From: Phoronis australis
Lineage: Eukaryota > Animalia > Phoronida
NCBI GenBank assembly: GCA_002633005.1
Contig: NMRA01000077.1
Coordinates: 558,001 to 622,000, forward strand
Direction of reading: 5' to 3'
DNA length: 64,000 bases
Shown here: positions 23,201 through 36,015 of the stretch, piece by piece
Numbering within the stretch: position 1 is the stretch's first letter
Layout: every line of letters starts with the position of its first letter
Program-made: the position numbers and the translations under genes
Notes under the pieces: model-generated
What the model saw: only the letters and a program-made list of their open reading frames with translations
Database searches by the model: none
Told to the model about the DNA's origin: nothing

Positions 23201-25697
23201 AACAAAGCTCTTTCCTCTGGCACCGGAAAAATTCAGACAATGTTTGTCCAATTTCTGTTCATAGCTAGGTAAATACACGCGTCCTATATTTTTTCACCTT
23301 GAAGTAACAAATGTGATTCTGAAGGTTATTTAGTTAGTGAGTACCAATATAGATACAGGGATAGATTCAAACGAGGGAGCACAGGTATGGTCCCCGCTCG
23401 GCCACTCATGCATTGTTTGTCTATTGCTGGACCCCCTGGAACATTTCTGGTTCCATGGCCGGTATACAGAATGATAGAAATATGTTATAAATATAATTGT
23501 GATTGAGTATTGAGAATGAAGCACAGTGTGTTTAAAGTTTTGTAGTGTACTGAGCACTATATCAGCAGGTCGAAAATGGCTTACTTCAAAGTAAAATAAA
23601 CTGAGAATGTATTGGTAGTTCATTCCTTAAATATCACATATGAAGTGAAGTTCCATTCCAATAGCAGGATGTAACAAAGCTACAATAATCAACACTGCGA
23701 GTCTCGCGTGATTGTATGTCCTTGCCATGACCTCTACCGATAACTTCAGAGAAGTTTTGCTCTGTCCAAGTTTTTGGTGATGAGTACCGAAGCTTTGGTT
23801 TTAAATCCTACTATTTTCAGCGAAGTTTTGCTTGCTTCGGTAAAAGCGAAGTTTCGCCTCTTATGGAAAAGCGACTTCTGATAATATTCGTTTCCAATGA
23901 CTTATCAAATGTATTACCTCACGAATCACATCGCCAGAACAAAATATCAAAACATTTCACAACTTATTACAAAAATTCTTTGGTTTCCGACACATTATGA
24001 TTGATTAGCGAAATTAGCTTTTATCAAATTCAACAAAAATGTTTCGGGAAATTTTAGTTTACGTCGAACATGTTTTTTTTTACAATGCAGTTGTTACCAA
24101 ACAACATTTAGTAACATTTTTAACGTTTTGCAGCAATGTACTAAATTTCTGGAAAATAGCAAAATCACAATTTTAGCCACAATGATTACTTTTTCCATAT
24201 TTTTATGCTTGTTAGAAATGGGAGCAGTTCAAATTTTATGTCAGGCTCAAATATTGTCTAACCCTATTCAGAATTTTGATGTCTACTATAGTATGAGAGG
24301 CTGGAATTTCATTTCTTCTGTATTCTATTGCCCAACATCTGTGCTGTGTGTAGTCCCTAGCCTGTTTTTACCAGTTGCCAGATGAAAACTTGCCATTTCT
24401 GTCTACATTGAGGCCCGCCTTTGGCTAAAGGGCCAACTGAATTTCTCAATACCTTTAATGTCTAGTTGGTAATTTGCCCACCTCTACATTGTGTAATCGG
24501 GACTTTCAATAGCACTTTAAAAGTGTCCACATAAATTGCCAAGTTCAGTCCTCAAGGACTTACAGTATGCTTAAGGTACCTGTCATTTGCAACAGCATTG
24601 TTTATATTGAATTACTGGTATGTTTTATTTGACTAGGGCATGACATAAGCTCAACTTGATTGAGCTGTTTTGGTGGGTATAAAGCCTCTCTCTCACTTTT
24701 CAATACCATACTGTCATTTTCAAAAGACCATGTCTTGCTTATTTGACCTTCCCCATAATTTTGGTAATTTTTTTAATCAGAACATTGTGGACTTTATCCT
24801 GGATGAATTTGTTAAGTAAACTGCTTTGGGGATTTGTCTCCATAAAAGGGCTTGATTACTTTATTCATATTTACTTCTCTTATATATTTCTTAAATATTG
24901 AGCATATCCTAATAAGATTTTGCCAAATATTTATTAATTGACTTTTCCGCCTCAGCTGTTGTTTTTTACAGCTTCTATGCATATTTCATTTTCTTATTGT
25001 ATAATTAAGAGATGCTTTACAAATTTGCGAAATAGAACAGTAACAACAAGTTTTAGTAGGGGATTACCTAGGTATGTTGAGCTCCTTCACAAAGTGCAAA
25101 TTTACGCTGAATTGGCCTACTCCTAATTTTTTCTCCATTGTGTAAATTCACTTTTAATCGTCCTTTTCATGCCATGAACCTATGATATGTATTAAAGGAG
25201 GAATGATTTAAGGTCCAAAGCAAGTGAATGCATTAGAAATTACACTGTCAACTAAAAGCAAGCCTAAAAACATAATATAGAATAGGAGTTAGGGTCAGTA
25301 TTGAAATCTTGACAAATCTGTTTAAACTTACAAATAAGGTTACAGTTACAGATATTAGAGGCCAGGGGTACTTCAAATAAGGCAAGTTACTTACCACTGA
25401 AAACCAGTGAGATCATGTTTTTCGATGTCCTACCAAGACTTGGCAAGATAGTAAACGTCCATAGCAAATACACAGGTTATGACTTCAACAACTCATGCTT
25501 CTGGCGATCCTTGTGAGAAAAATAAGTGTGCAAGTCCCCATAGTCGATAGAGTGGCTTTAGCATCCTTATAAATTGGGTTCTGTCTAAAAACCTGACTTT
25601 TGATTTAGTCCAATTATTGATATGAAATTTGTCTTAAAAACTTCCTGTCAGATTGGAGTTGAATTCTGGGCTTAGAACTGACATTGTGTCATTAATT

Positions 25698-25803
25698 GAG
25701 ACTAGTCTCTACAAGTTGTTTAGTTAACATGGATCATTTGTGCACTGATGAGACTAGGCTCTACAAGTTGTTTAGTTAACATGGATCATTTGTGCACTGA
25801 TGA
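25698..25803. repeat. ~52-bp tandem duplication
   Basis: Two copies of gagactag.ctctacaagttgtttagttaacatggatcatttgtgcactgat. Confidence 0.9.
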
Positions 25804-26519
25804 GAAACCACTTCTCATCGAGTTAGGAACAAGTTGAAATCACTGAGTTTATCGTGATAATTTGTGTAAATCAAAAGTTTCTTTGAGTGAACGTAGGTTT
25901 ATAGCTGCTTTAATTGCGGTGTCCCTGGAATTAAACCATGATATAATTTTCATTTTCAAAATATTAGAACTCCAGATACAAAACTAAGGGAAACTGGGTA
26001 ATGGAGTGGCTTGGGTAGATCTCCCAGGTGAAATGGTATGACACTGAGAGGGACCTGGTGGGAGTGGGGCATAATATTTACATAACAGAGTGATAACACA
26101 CTGATAGGCAGTGATAGTTATGACCTTTTGACCTGTGTCACACTCACTCAAATAAAAAAGAATAATGCCTGGGCTCATTCTGGTAAATTCACACCAGTTT
26201 AGGGTACTCTGTGGCAGGGAAGTGAAATTTTATTTAGAACTTTTTTATAAAAGTAAGTTGCACCATATAAATGCCTCATAATATTTTTGTTCCATGCCAT
26301 AGCATAACCATCAGACAATTGTTTTGTGAAATTGTGGGCATTCAAAATGATTTTAAGAGCATTTGGAAAAAGAATTTCTGTCCAAAATTGGTGCTATTTT
26401 ACTGTTCCATGAGGTCTTGTTCTTTTTCGCCTTTCTCTTCTGGTGGTCGAAAATGCAATGGCGTATTCGTCTGTTTTTTTTCTTCTGCGTTCTTGGCCAT
26501 GCATGTTAAATGTTATCTG

Positions 26520-27135
26520 TTTGCATGGCCATGATGGGTAGAATGCGTGCAGGTCTAGTTTTATTCTACAGGTTGGATGATACATGTACAGGTCTCCCTG
26601 TTGTCCTTAGCCAACATGCTCTGTCTTCATGGCAGCTCAGGTCTTATTTTGGAGTGCCCTTCTAGACTGGTTACCTTCTCCCAGACTGGTTACCTTCTCC
26701 TGGAGTGGTTACCTTCTCTTGGACTGGTTACCTTATCCCAGACTGGTTACCTTCTCCCAGACTGGTTACCTTCTCCCAGACTGGTTACCTTCTCCTATAC
26801 TGGTTACCTTCTCCTTGGCTGGTTACCTTCTCCTGGACTGGTTACCTTCTCCTAGACCTCCTACATTCTACGGCTGATGAATCCAGACTCCATAAAAATC
26901 GCTGTGTTGTCCTTGTAGGTGACTAGTCACCGAGGAACAGTGTCTTTTTTTCCAGGTGATGGAGTTGGCCTTATGCCCAACCCTAGTGTGACCCTAGGTA
27001 GTGTTGGGGTGTATTCCGTCGGATCTCTCTTTCAACAGGCCTGGCATGTGTGGCACTACCAGGAGTTTTTAAACTCCTGCCGGTAAAGCTCAAGAGGTTG
27101 TGGAGATACGCAAGCTGTTCTACCATGACAAGGCA
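26520..27135 (-). mobile_element. RTE-clade retrotransposon 5' region or RTE-related SINE remnant
   Basis: The minus strand reads ccttgtcatggtagaacagcttgcgt...gagctttaccggcaggag...ctcctggtag...catgccagg...gggttgggcataaggccaac...aaccagtc..ggagaagg, matching the recalled RTE 5' UTR consensus. Confidence 0.6.
26664..26856. repeat. 19-bp minisatellite AGACTGGTTACCTTCTCCC, about 10 copies, inside the RTE-like remnant
   Basis: Seen directly. Confidence 0.95.
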
Positions 27136-27329
27136 TGCACCTCGGGAACAGACTCATCTGGTTTTAAAATGGGGGGCCATGTTCAGCTTACCATCTGTCA
27201 CAGCGCCACCTCTGCCTCAGGAGGAGAGTGGTTCAGTGAAAGCATGATGACTGACGTGAAAAATCTAGGGGTGGACATTGTTTTGGTTCGAATGCCTCGG
27301 TTTATGTATTTGTAGTGAACAAGCAGACT

Positions 27330-27635
27330 TTGCGTGATCCGGAAAAGTGTGTTGTGAAGTTTCATTTTTTTGATGCCTTGCTTTCTTTTGTGTGTGATCC
27401 GGAAAAGTGTATTGTGAAGTTTCATTTTTTTGATGCCTTGCTTTCTTTTGTGTGTGATCCGGAAAAGTGTATTGTGAAGTTTCATTTTTTTGATGCCTTG
27501 CTTTCTTTTGTGCGTGATCCGGAAAAGTGTATTGTGAAGTTTCATTTTTTTGATGCCTTGCTTTCTTTTGTGCGTGATCCGGAAAAGTGTATTGTGAAGT
27601 TTCATTTTTTTGATGCCTTGCTTTCTTTTGTGTGA
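27330..27635. repeat. 60-bp minisatellite, 5 near-identical copies
   Basis: Unit tg(c/t)gtgatccggaaaagtgtattgtgaagtttcatttttttgatgccttgctttcttttg. Confidence 0.97.
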
Positions 27636-29826
27636 TGCTTCGATTTAGTTTATTCATATTGTTGCAGTGGCTGCAAGCGTCACAGGTATTTTTCGACAAA
27701 GCAGTATACTCATAGGGGGATGAAGTCCTTTGTTATCATAGAGTTGGTCTCTGTTTCTTCCAGGTTAGAGCTTGGGAAGAGCTGATAGTTTATTAATAAT
27801 GAAACCAGGCTCTACAAGTCTACTCGTCGCTCTTGATATCAAACAGTAACAAACAATCAGTCTACCCAAGCTCAGAAACGATTATCATTTGACTAAAGAA
27901 TAAGTTAAAACCAGTTTTATAGTGGCAATTGGTCAAAGTAAAAAACGTTTCTTTGATGGCTTGTTTAATAGCTTTAGTTCTTGATCTTGTGCAGCAAAAA
28001 TTCAATGAGGGAACATTCTACACATACTTAAGGCAAACATTTGGTTGAGTTAGAAAACCTTTCTAGAATTTTTGATATTTTTGTATCCAGTCTCTAACGA
28101 GATATGTTCAATTACAAGAGTTGTTTCAGAATTACGAGTATAAAGCGTTATTTGCTATTTACGGAGTTGTTTTATTTGGGTAAACTGATGCTCATAGCTG
28201 TGGTGAAATGTGATATCATTTGCACAGTAAAGATACTCAGCTGCCATCTAAAATTGAACATAACTGACTGCTGGGTAAATATCAGTTAACATTTTTAACT
28301 TTGTAAATATTAGGATAATCGTACAGAGTACAAATTACGCTCTCCTGGGAATCACAAGCAAATATATGAACTTTTAGCTGTATGACTTTAGTGTTAAGAT
28401 GTCTTTGGCAGGATTTCAACTTCAGTTGACAATGGGATTTGATGTTTCGCAACACTGTTTACGAAATCTTGCCTCTCCTGGATTTGCAAGCTCAAATGAT
28501 CCAGTTATTGGACAATGCGATACCTCACAGAAACTCAAATCATCTCATCAAATTTGCAAAATAAGGCCAGAAAAGCATGGTTGGTTTTGGTTTCGCAGAC
28601 TAAAAATGTCCACCCACTTCAATTTCAGCCTAAGGCCTCATGTTGTTTTGAAAAGTTGTTCAAAGGCAATAAACCAAAGTTCGATATTAGCGAAGCAATG
28701 ACTAAAAATATCCTGCATTGACTTTGCTCGTTTCCGGCGTGTTTTCTTTTCTTGAATTTAAGTAACTAAAAATTTTGTACAATGAACTTGGGATTTTCGT
28801 AAGAACTACATAATAAGCCCAACTACACATTTTTGGCCCTAGGATCTGTTCTTAAAATGAGGATGAGCTTTTGATGAGGCCCAAACTCTGCAATTATAGC
28901 TTTGCATTTTAAACAAGTCTTAGACGGTTCAACACCCCGAAAATACCGCTTTAATTAGGATTGAGTGCCAATTTTTGAAAATCGGTATGATACTTATCCT
29001 GCTAATTGAATACTGAGACTCCTTTGATTCAGATACTGCCTACTGTTACATAACAAACACTTGTGGATAACAAATACTGGTAGTTGAGCATACTTCAAAG
29101 CTTGATTTCTTTCTTTTGATGAATGCATAATCAAAGTCAAAACTCTTCATTCTCCCTTGAGCACAATAGTTGTTTTACAAGCTCAGGATGTGGTTGTAAC
29201 AATTGTGAGGAGCAATCAAGTGCAAGAGTTTACAAGTTTATTTTTTAGATGCATCCTACTCCTAGATGCAACTAAAATAAGGTAATTGATTTCAATCACA
29301 AATCTGTTCTGTCATGCAATGATTTTGTTTATATATCTATTTATTTATTTATTAATGTAATATTTACAATGAGGGTAGGCCTATCAGCTCACACTGCTTT
29401 CCATGGGGCCCTCGGATACTATACATATGGCAGATATTGGAGCCTGGGACCATAGAGCTGATCTATCAATAAATCTATGATTTTGCTGATGTGCAACTCA
29501 AAATGATATTTGCATAACCTTTGTATAAAGCACAGCTGTTGCTTTCAAGATTTAAATATGTTAGAGTCCTTCATCAAAAGTGTCCAAACCCCTCAACGAA
29601 CTGTTGAAACATTACAGGCATTTCTGTATCGGACAAATCTTAATAGTGTCAAACGGCACCGTATGATTAAACACAAATTTATGTGTGGCTTATTGAATCA
29701 CTTCTATCACAAACTTTAATATTGATTTTGGGCAGATGAATATAATAACTAAGACCAACCTCAAACCAAATCGGGCACTGTATAATTCTCAATATTCTAA
29801 CCGATAAATATCGCGGAAAAGTACAC

Positions 29827-29827
<1 letters not shown>

Positions 29828-29874
<47 letters not shown>
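29828..29874. repeat. (ATT)n microsatellite
   Basis: Seen directly. Confidence 0.98.
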
Positions 29875-29876
<2 letters not shown>

Positions 29877-30410
29877 GGCTGTTTGCAAATTGAAAGTTGT
29901 CTCCCCTTCAATGAAATTATCCAGACATTTACCCTCAACGGGCTCTGAGTGTTTCTTGGCATGTAAATTTACAAACCCATGCCAAATTATGTCGTATGGA
30001 TTTTGCAAGGTATTGTTTAACTTGCAAGATCCATGCGATGAGCATAAGTGCGTCGCATGGTTATTGCATATGGGACGTTAACATTGTTTTCTTTTGTTGC
30101 GTCTTTGTTGGATTTAACAATACAAGTTGCACTGATATTGTACCTTGGGCACCCATCTGCTGGTTACCGATAAATGCTTACTTTTATCTTTATTGTAAGA
30201 AATAAAAACAAAGTGAGCAATAAATATGCCTATATACAGTTGCCTATGCGACGGGCTTGTGCCCTACTTTCCCGTCGGAAACGCCCCGTGCAGCGCTTTC
30301 TTTGAAAATCGTTGTTAAATGGTTCTTCCAGGCAGAACTTTTATTTTTAATATTGTGTGTTAGTGCTGCTAATTATGCACAATAACACTATAGAACAAAT
30401 GAGCTGTTTA

Positions 30411-30870
30411 AGGCCTTTCCCACTAAAGCTTCGGAAGTACTTAAGCTTTGGTCAGTGGGAACACTTAACTTCAGTCTTTTATCGAAGTTTACAGCGCTAG
30501 TTAATTCTGAAGTTAAGAGCTAGATTTAATAGCGAAGCGTTGATGCTTCGGTGTAAAGTGGACACTTAATTTCGATGTCATCAGGGTTATCGACAGGTGT
30601 CACTGCTTTCGCGAACAGCGGGAGGTAACTGGTTAATATTTGTTAATATTTTGTTCCAATATTTGTTATTTTGGCAGTATAAGCATTCTATTTCAATTTG
30701 TCTACGTGCTTGCTGGATTCTTTCCTTAAAAATAATAAAAAATCATTGAACGTTTTGTGTACGCAAAACAAGTTCCTGCCAAACATCATACTGCCTTTCA
30801 GGGATGTGCTGCAAGTCGCAAGACTCCAATTTTCTGTTAAATGTCAATCTTCTTCATCTCATCTTCACAT
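30411..30870. mobile_element. Family B-related MITE (GGCCTTTCCCACT subfamily), partial
   Basis: Homologous to 40733-41110, sharing gggaaca(c/g)ttaacttcagt and actggttaatatttgttaatattttgttc...ttattttggcagt. Confidence 0.6.
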
Positions 30871-33005
30871 TCTTCTGAAGTTGACGCCCTCACATCTGTG
30901 TGGGAAAGAGGGGGAGGTCCTTGCCATTTTGCAAGGACAAAAACAGTAAGGTGTACGAACATATACAGGCCCAATGAGATTAATTAATTATATATAGCTC
31001 ATTGTACAGGCCAAGGTCATATTGGTGCGCTCATCTTTGGAGGTAAACCACAGCTAACATTAAAGCGAAATTAACAACGGAATTATTACAGTTGGAAGTT
31101 TGACTGACCTAATTAACTCTGTCTCATGGGCAGTATTACTATATACATTTTGACTGACCTAATTAACTCTGTCCCATGAGTATTACTATACATTTTAATT
31201 GTCTCATTGTAATACCCTACTGAGGATTACCAAAATACCTCCCTTGAGGGTCTATTGGACAATATAGGTAGGGAGCCTTTCAGAAACTTGTATATTGGTG
31301 CTCTCATTCAGCCATAAGCCTTTGATTCATGTTCAAACAGGAAGGGTTCACTTTGTTGTCACCTTTGCCTATTATAAGAGAAATCAGATTTGTTGGAAAT
31401 TATGAACTTAAAACATTTAAACTGTCCTTTTAAAGATCAGAAATTGAGGAAATATTGAAATCCTGCAGTTTCAGTCACACATTTTGTGAGGAATTACAAC
31501 GACAAATTGATTTCTCAAAACGGAACAGTTATAATGTTAATGGGAAAGTGTGTTTAGAGACTTGTTAGAAATGCTGCCTCATCTTATTGCTTCTATTAGA
31601 AACTACTGTAGTAATTTACTTTCGAAATCTATTGCAATAAACATTGCATGTTAGTGTACGGTAGTTAGGAGGTGTTCTCACTACGAGTTACCCTAAGGGT
31701 AACTTGCCCCAGAGCAACTTGCCCATTGGTGTCAAGTAGCTTCCTCACTACTACTAAAGCTTGGACAACTTATTCCAGGAGTAGGTTGCTGTGTGGATGA
31801 CACATAATGTGCCTATAGTGCACTGCAAGTTCCTCGCTAGTTTGTCACTGTGTTCTCCTTACAAGTATTTTTACACCGTGTTTGGAAATCTTGAGCCATG
31901 TTTAAAATTTTGAACCAAATTATGTGAGTTGTGTTTCAAAGACGTATATTTTTGTTATTTAGCTGCAAAAATGATAGAGACTGCCCTGCAAAGGAAAATA
32001 ATGCATAACTATAGTTGTTTTCGTGAATTCACAGAAAGGACGATTACTACATGAGGATATGAAACGCAATTTGAATGATGTTTGAATTTTTATCCAGGGA
32101 GAATCCTGTGCATGCCAGATCTTCAGTAGCGCTGTCCCGCATTACGTACAGCGACACTCAAATCTCGCTGTATTTACCCACTATGCCATAAACATCCCTC
32201 AGGCACATTTGCTGTCTCATTTTTGGGCCATTGGAGTTTAACATGTTATTTGTTGTTGTCTGATTCTTTACAAATTTTTCTCGACTGCATTATGCCAAGG
32301 AAGTATTACTGCTGTGACGAGAGAAAGTTTGATAAATTGGATAAATACCAGTGAATGGCGTCATGTGAAATTCTTCACCTTTCCAACATTAATGAGAAAC
32401 GCAAAAATGTGCCTGATTTCCTAAATGAGGTCACGTGCTTTCTGCGGTACAAACGAGAGTTCTACTGCCATGTAATCCGGGATGGCCCTATTGACTAATG
32501 CCCTCCTGATTCACTAATTAGCCTACGTCTACTCTACAATACATGGTCATTCAGCTTGCATTTGAATTTACTCATTCTCATTAATTAAACAGCTATATGT
32601 AAATTGATCTTCTTGCTCACTCTTTAAATTGGCTTATTGTGCAAACACCAAATATTGGCCATGTAAACAATTAGAGAGACAGTTCACAGTTATTGTCAAC
32701 ATTGGTCTACCTCCTTTAGTGTATACTTGGTGGAGCTTGGCCTTGACTTCTTCCCCTGCTGTCTGTATAGTCTGATTTGTCTCCCTGTTAGGATCCCATG
32801 GTACCTGACACATTTACTGTAACTCAAAGCATGAGTAGCTTTTATTTCAGATAAAATGAGTTGAACCTAGCCGATTTGCCCCGGGCCTGTGCTAACGTGG
32901 AGGTGTTCTGCACTCAAGTGCGCTCACTGCTGGTAAATTTCAAAGCAAGTTTGATGCATGTCATTAATCATAGTTCATTACACGCCCAACATTAGAAAAC
33001 TATAA

Positions 33006-33609
33006 GGGCCTTTCAAACTAACATTGATGGCGGCTTGCATTTTTTAGGAGTTGTGGTCAGTTTGAACACTTAACTTGGGTCCTGGATGGAAGTTACGTAA
33101 CAGTGCCAGTAAACTTGGCAATAAACTGGTGAATTAGCAGCAAAGCATCAAAACTGTGGTGCAGTATAAAAGTTAACTTCAGTTTTATCGAAGTTATCAG
33201 CAGTGACCATTGCTATCTGATCGTCAACAAAAGGCAGTGTCGTCGCTAATATTTACTAAAAAATATTTTGCTCAAATAATAACCAGTATGTATGTCATGT
33301 TTCTTTTTCCACGTAAAATTTCTCAACTTGCTGCAGTAAAAAAATCTTAACGCACGTCGCGGCACGTGGGATGTCACCTTATGCATTAACTCTACCTTGA
33401 CAATCGAACTTGTTTTGTCCTTAAACCTAGCAATGTGAGACATGGCACCCAGCTGAGTTTGAGAAGGTGACAAGGCAATAGCTTCAGTGAGGACAGTGTT
33501 ACCTACAATTTAGTTCAATGTTCGTTAACTACCGAAGTCGGTATGAACGGGTCTATTAACTTTGCAAGTTACATCCACTCGTACTGGAGTAAGTCAATAT
33601 GAAAGGGCC
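33006..33609. mobile_element. PIF/Harbinger-like MITE, family B, complete copy
   Basis: TAA|GGGCCTTTCA ... TGAAAGGGCC|TAA: terminal inverted repeats with a TAA duplication. Internal repeated aagttaac/aacttc sub-motifs. Confidence 0.75.
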
Positions 33610-33788
33610 TAAAACTATAGTTGTGATAGACTGTGATCAGCTTTTCTGGACAGGGTAATTGGTTTCTTTTAGCCACTGATTGATGAGGGCCCCAGTCAGA
33701 ATACACAATTGCTATTAGAGGCCATCCTTTGTGCACCAGGTTTAGTAGCCATGTGTGTTAGGTTTTTATTAGGTTGTTTCATACAAGA

Positions 33789-34176
33789 GCTGTGTTTACA
33801 TGAGGAACACTTGCCGTAGTGCAAGTTTTCATGACACAAGTTGCTCCACTTTACGGAGTCGCATTCACGCAACATTATTGCAAGCTAGATCAGCACGAAA
33901 GTAAATTATATGAATATGGCCTCCGCATGTTTGAATTAATAATAACAAATATCCAAAACCATGTGATCACCCATATGTACGCTAATGTGCAAGCACAATA
34001 AAAGAAGATCTCTTCCAACTTGCCGCAGTTTGTGTTTGAAGATGTAGTTGATACCGGAGCAACTGATCGAGTGCCACTTGCTCTACCTGTCAAACTGGCG
34101 ACAAAAATGGCCGTCGCGATGTCTGTTTTCTCCAAGTCTGCTGGTCTGTGTCAAGTGCACCTCATGTAAGTACAAC
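33789..34176. mobile_element. MITE family C (TIR GCTGTGTTTACATGAGG)
   Basis: The left end gctgtgtttacatgagg matches the right-end reverse complement gttgtacttacatgagg. The internal block gttgataccggagcaactgatc...ttgctctacct is shared with 48.7-49.9 kb. Confidence 0.65.
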
Positions 34177-34185
34177 TTTACGTCA

Positions 34186-34480
34186 AGGCCTAAATGTTTT
34201 GGGAAGTTGCAGGTCTGTGGTAACAGCTAACTTCGGTCCTTAGTTGAAGTTAACAGAGCAAGTTAACTTCACAGTAAACAGGTGGATTTAACTTTGGTGC
34301 AAAACGAATGATCAACATTAATCTGATCGAAGTTATCAGCAGGGGCCACTGCTATCATGAACGCTTTGATGATGACAGCATCACCTACTGGTAACCTCAA
34401 CTATAGAAGCCAGTATGAACAGTTCAACTAACTTCACAGTTTACATCAACGCTCAAACAGAGTTGAGTTTGCATAAAAGG
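34186..34480. mobile_element. Family B MITE, deleted copy
   Basis: Shares aacttcggtcc, gaagttatcagcag and gaagccagtatgaac blocks with the 33.0 and 38.8 kb copies. Confidence 0.6.
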
Positions 34481-34691
34481 TTGTCGGAGCCTTGAAAAAT
34501 GGCCAAATTTAGCTAACTTCTGAACATCATTTGTCATAAATGGCTTGTCGGATTCACGTGAAAGTTTCAGATTCCATGTTTTATGCACTGTTCTCTAAAA
34601 TTGTTTTTAATTTTTTCTATTTTTGCATGAGGGGCTATCAAAAAATAGGATTGTGATTTTTATGAAAAACTACTATAACATTGCGTAAAAT

Positions 34692-36015
34692 AACAAGAGC
34701 AACACGGAGCATTGAAATGCCCCCACGAATGCACCGCAAACGGAGTGCTTCTAGGGTTGTATATTTGTTTCATAAAAATAGCCACAAGAGGGTGAAAAAA
34801 ACATTCAATCCATCTGAAAATGGGTACATGCCATCGCTTCTTTAATAGAAAGCTATTTAGCAAATTTCATAAAAATCTGTCAAGGAACTTCAGAGAAACA
34901 AAGGAAATTGCCACTTTGGGACACAGCCTTCATTGGATCCGCCTAAAAGACGTCCTTATCTGTTGTTAGCTTCATATAAATACAATAAACTAAATTTAAT
35001 AAAGATCCTGAGTTTAGGAGATGCAGCTATGGGCACAAAACAAAACAAAACAAAAAACAAAACTACAACTAGGAGGCGCAACAGTAGTCGAATGCGTTAT
35101 TGTCAACCGTCCTCTTCAGACTGAGAACATATACCATATACCAATTTTCAAAGTCATCCTCAGAATGGTTTGGTTGATCGAGGGGTGGACGCCAAAAAAC
35201 AAGACACGAAAACATGAATAATGGCCACTAGGTGGTGTAAAAGTTCCTCGATTCCATCCCACAGCGAGAGGATAGCATCATCTCACCAATAAATGTCTAT
35301 ATTCCAAACTTTCTGATAATCCGTTGAGGACCTTTGAAGATGCAGAGGTAAGTCTAAAAATGAAAATTGCCACTACGGGGCACACTGGTTGTCAGATCCG
35401 TCCGAAAGTTGTTGTCATCCGTTGTTAACATCATATAAATACACTTGGTAAATTTAGCAAAGATGCTGCAAACCGTTAAGGAGATACAGCCATGGGCGCA
35501 AAAAAAAAAACTGCCACTAAGAGGCGCCACAGTAGTCGAAGTCATTGCTAAATCATCGTCAGCTTCGTAGTAGGAACATACATGCCAATTTTCACTATCA
35601 TTCTTAGTGCGGTTTGGTTGATAGAGGGGTAGATGCCAAAAACACTTGAAAACAGCAAAAAGTGGCCACTAGGTGGCGCAAACTGCGTCAAATCCATCTG
35701 AAAACGGGAGGATAGCGTCATCTCACCAATAGATGCCTATATGCCAAATTTTATGAAAATACGTTTAGGACCTTTGAAGATATACACAGATGTAAGCGTA
35801 AAAAACTAAAATTGCCACTAGGGGGCTCACCTGTAGTCAGATCCATCCGAAAGTTCGCTCATGCCGTCCCATTTATGATAGGAACACACGTGCAAAATTT
35901 CATGTACGTACAACAAAGCGTTTTGGAGATAGAGCAGCGGACGCCGAAACGAACGCCGGACGGACGGAGATGACGGCATAATGCGTCCACATATAAATAT
36001 GTGGGAGCATAAAAA
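34692..36015 (-). mobile_element. HINE/DINE-1-like element, near full-length copy 2 with ~148-bp core repeats
   Basis: Reverse complement of both termini of copy 1. Short (GTCC)n microsatellite near 35955-35970. Internal degenerate tandem cores. Confidence 0.85.

Noticed and set aside
32125-32145. REST/RE1 silencer in a neuronal channel gene (gcgctgtcc; also ggacagcgcc at 11231)
   Set aside because: Only half-sites are present, without the TTCAGCACC partner.
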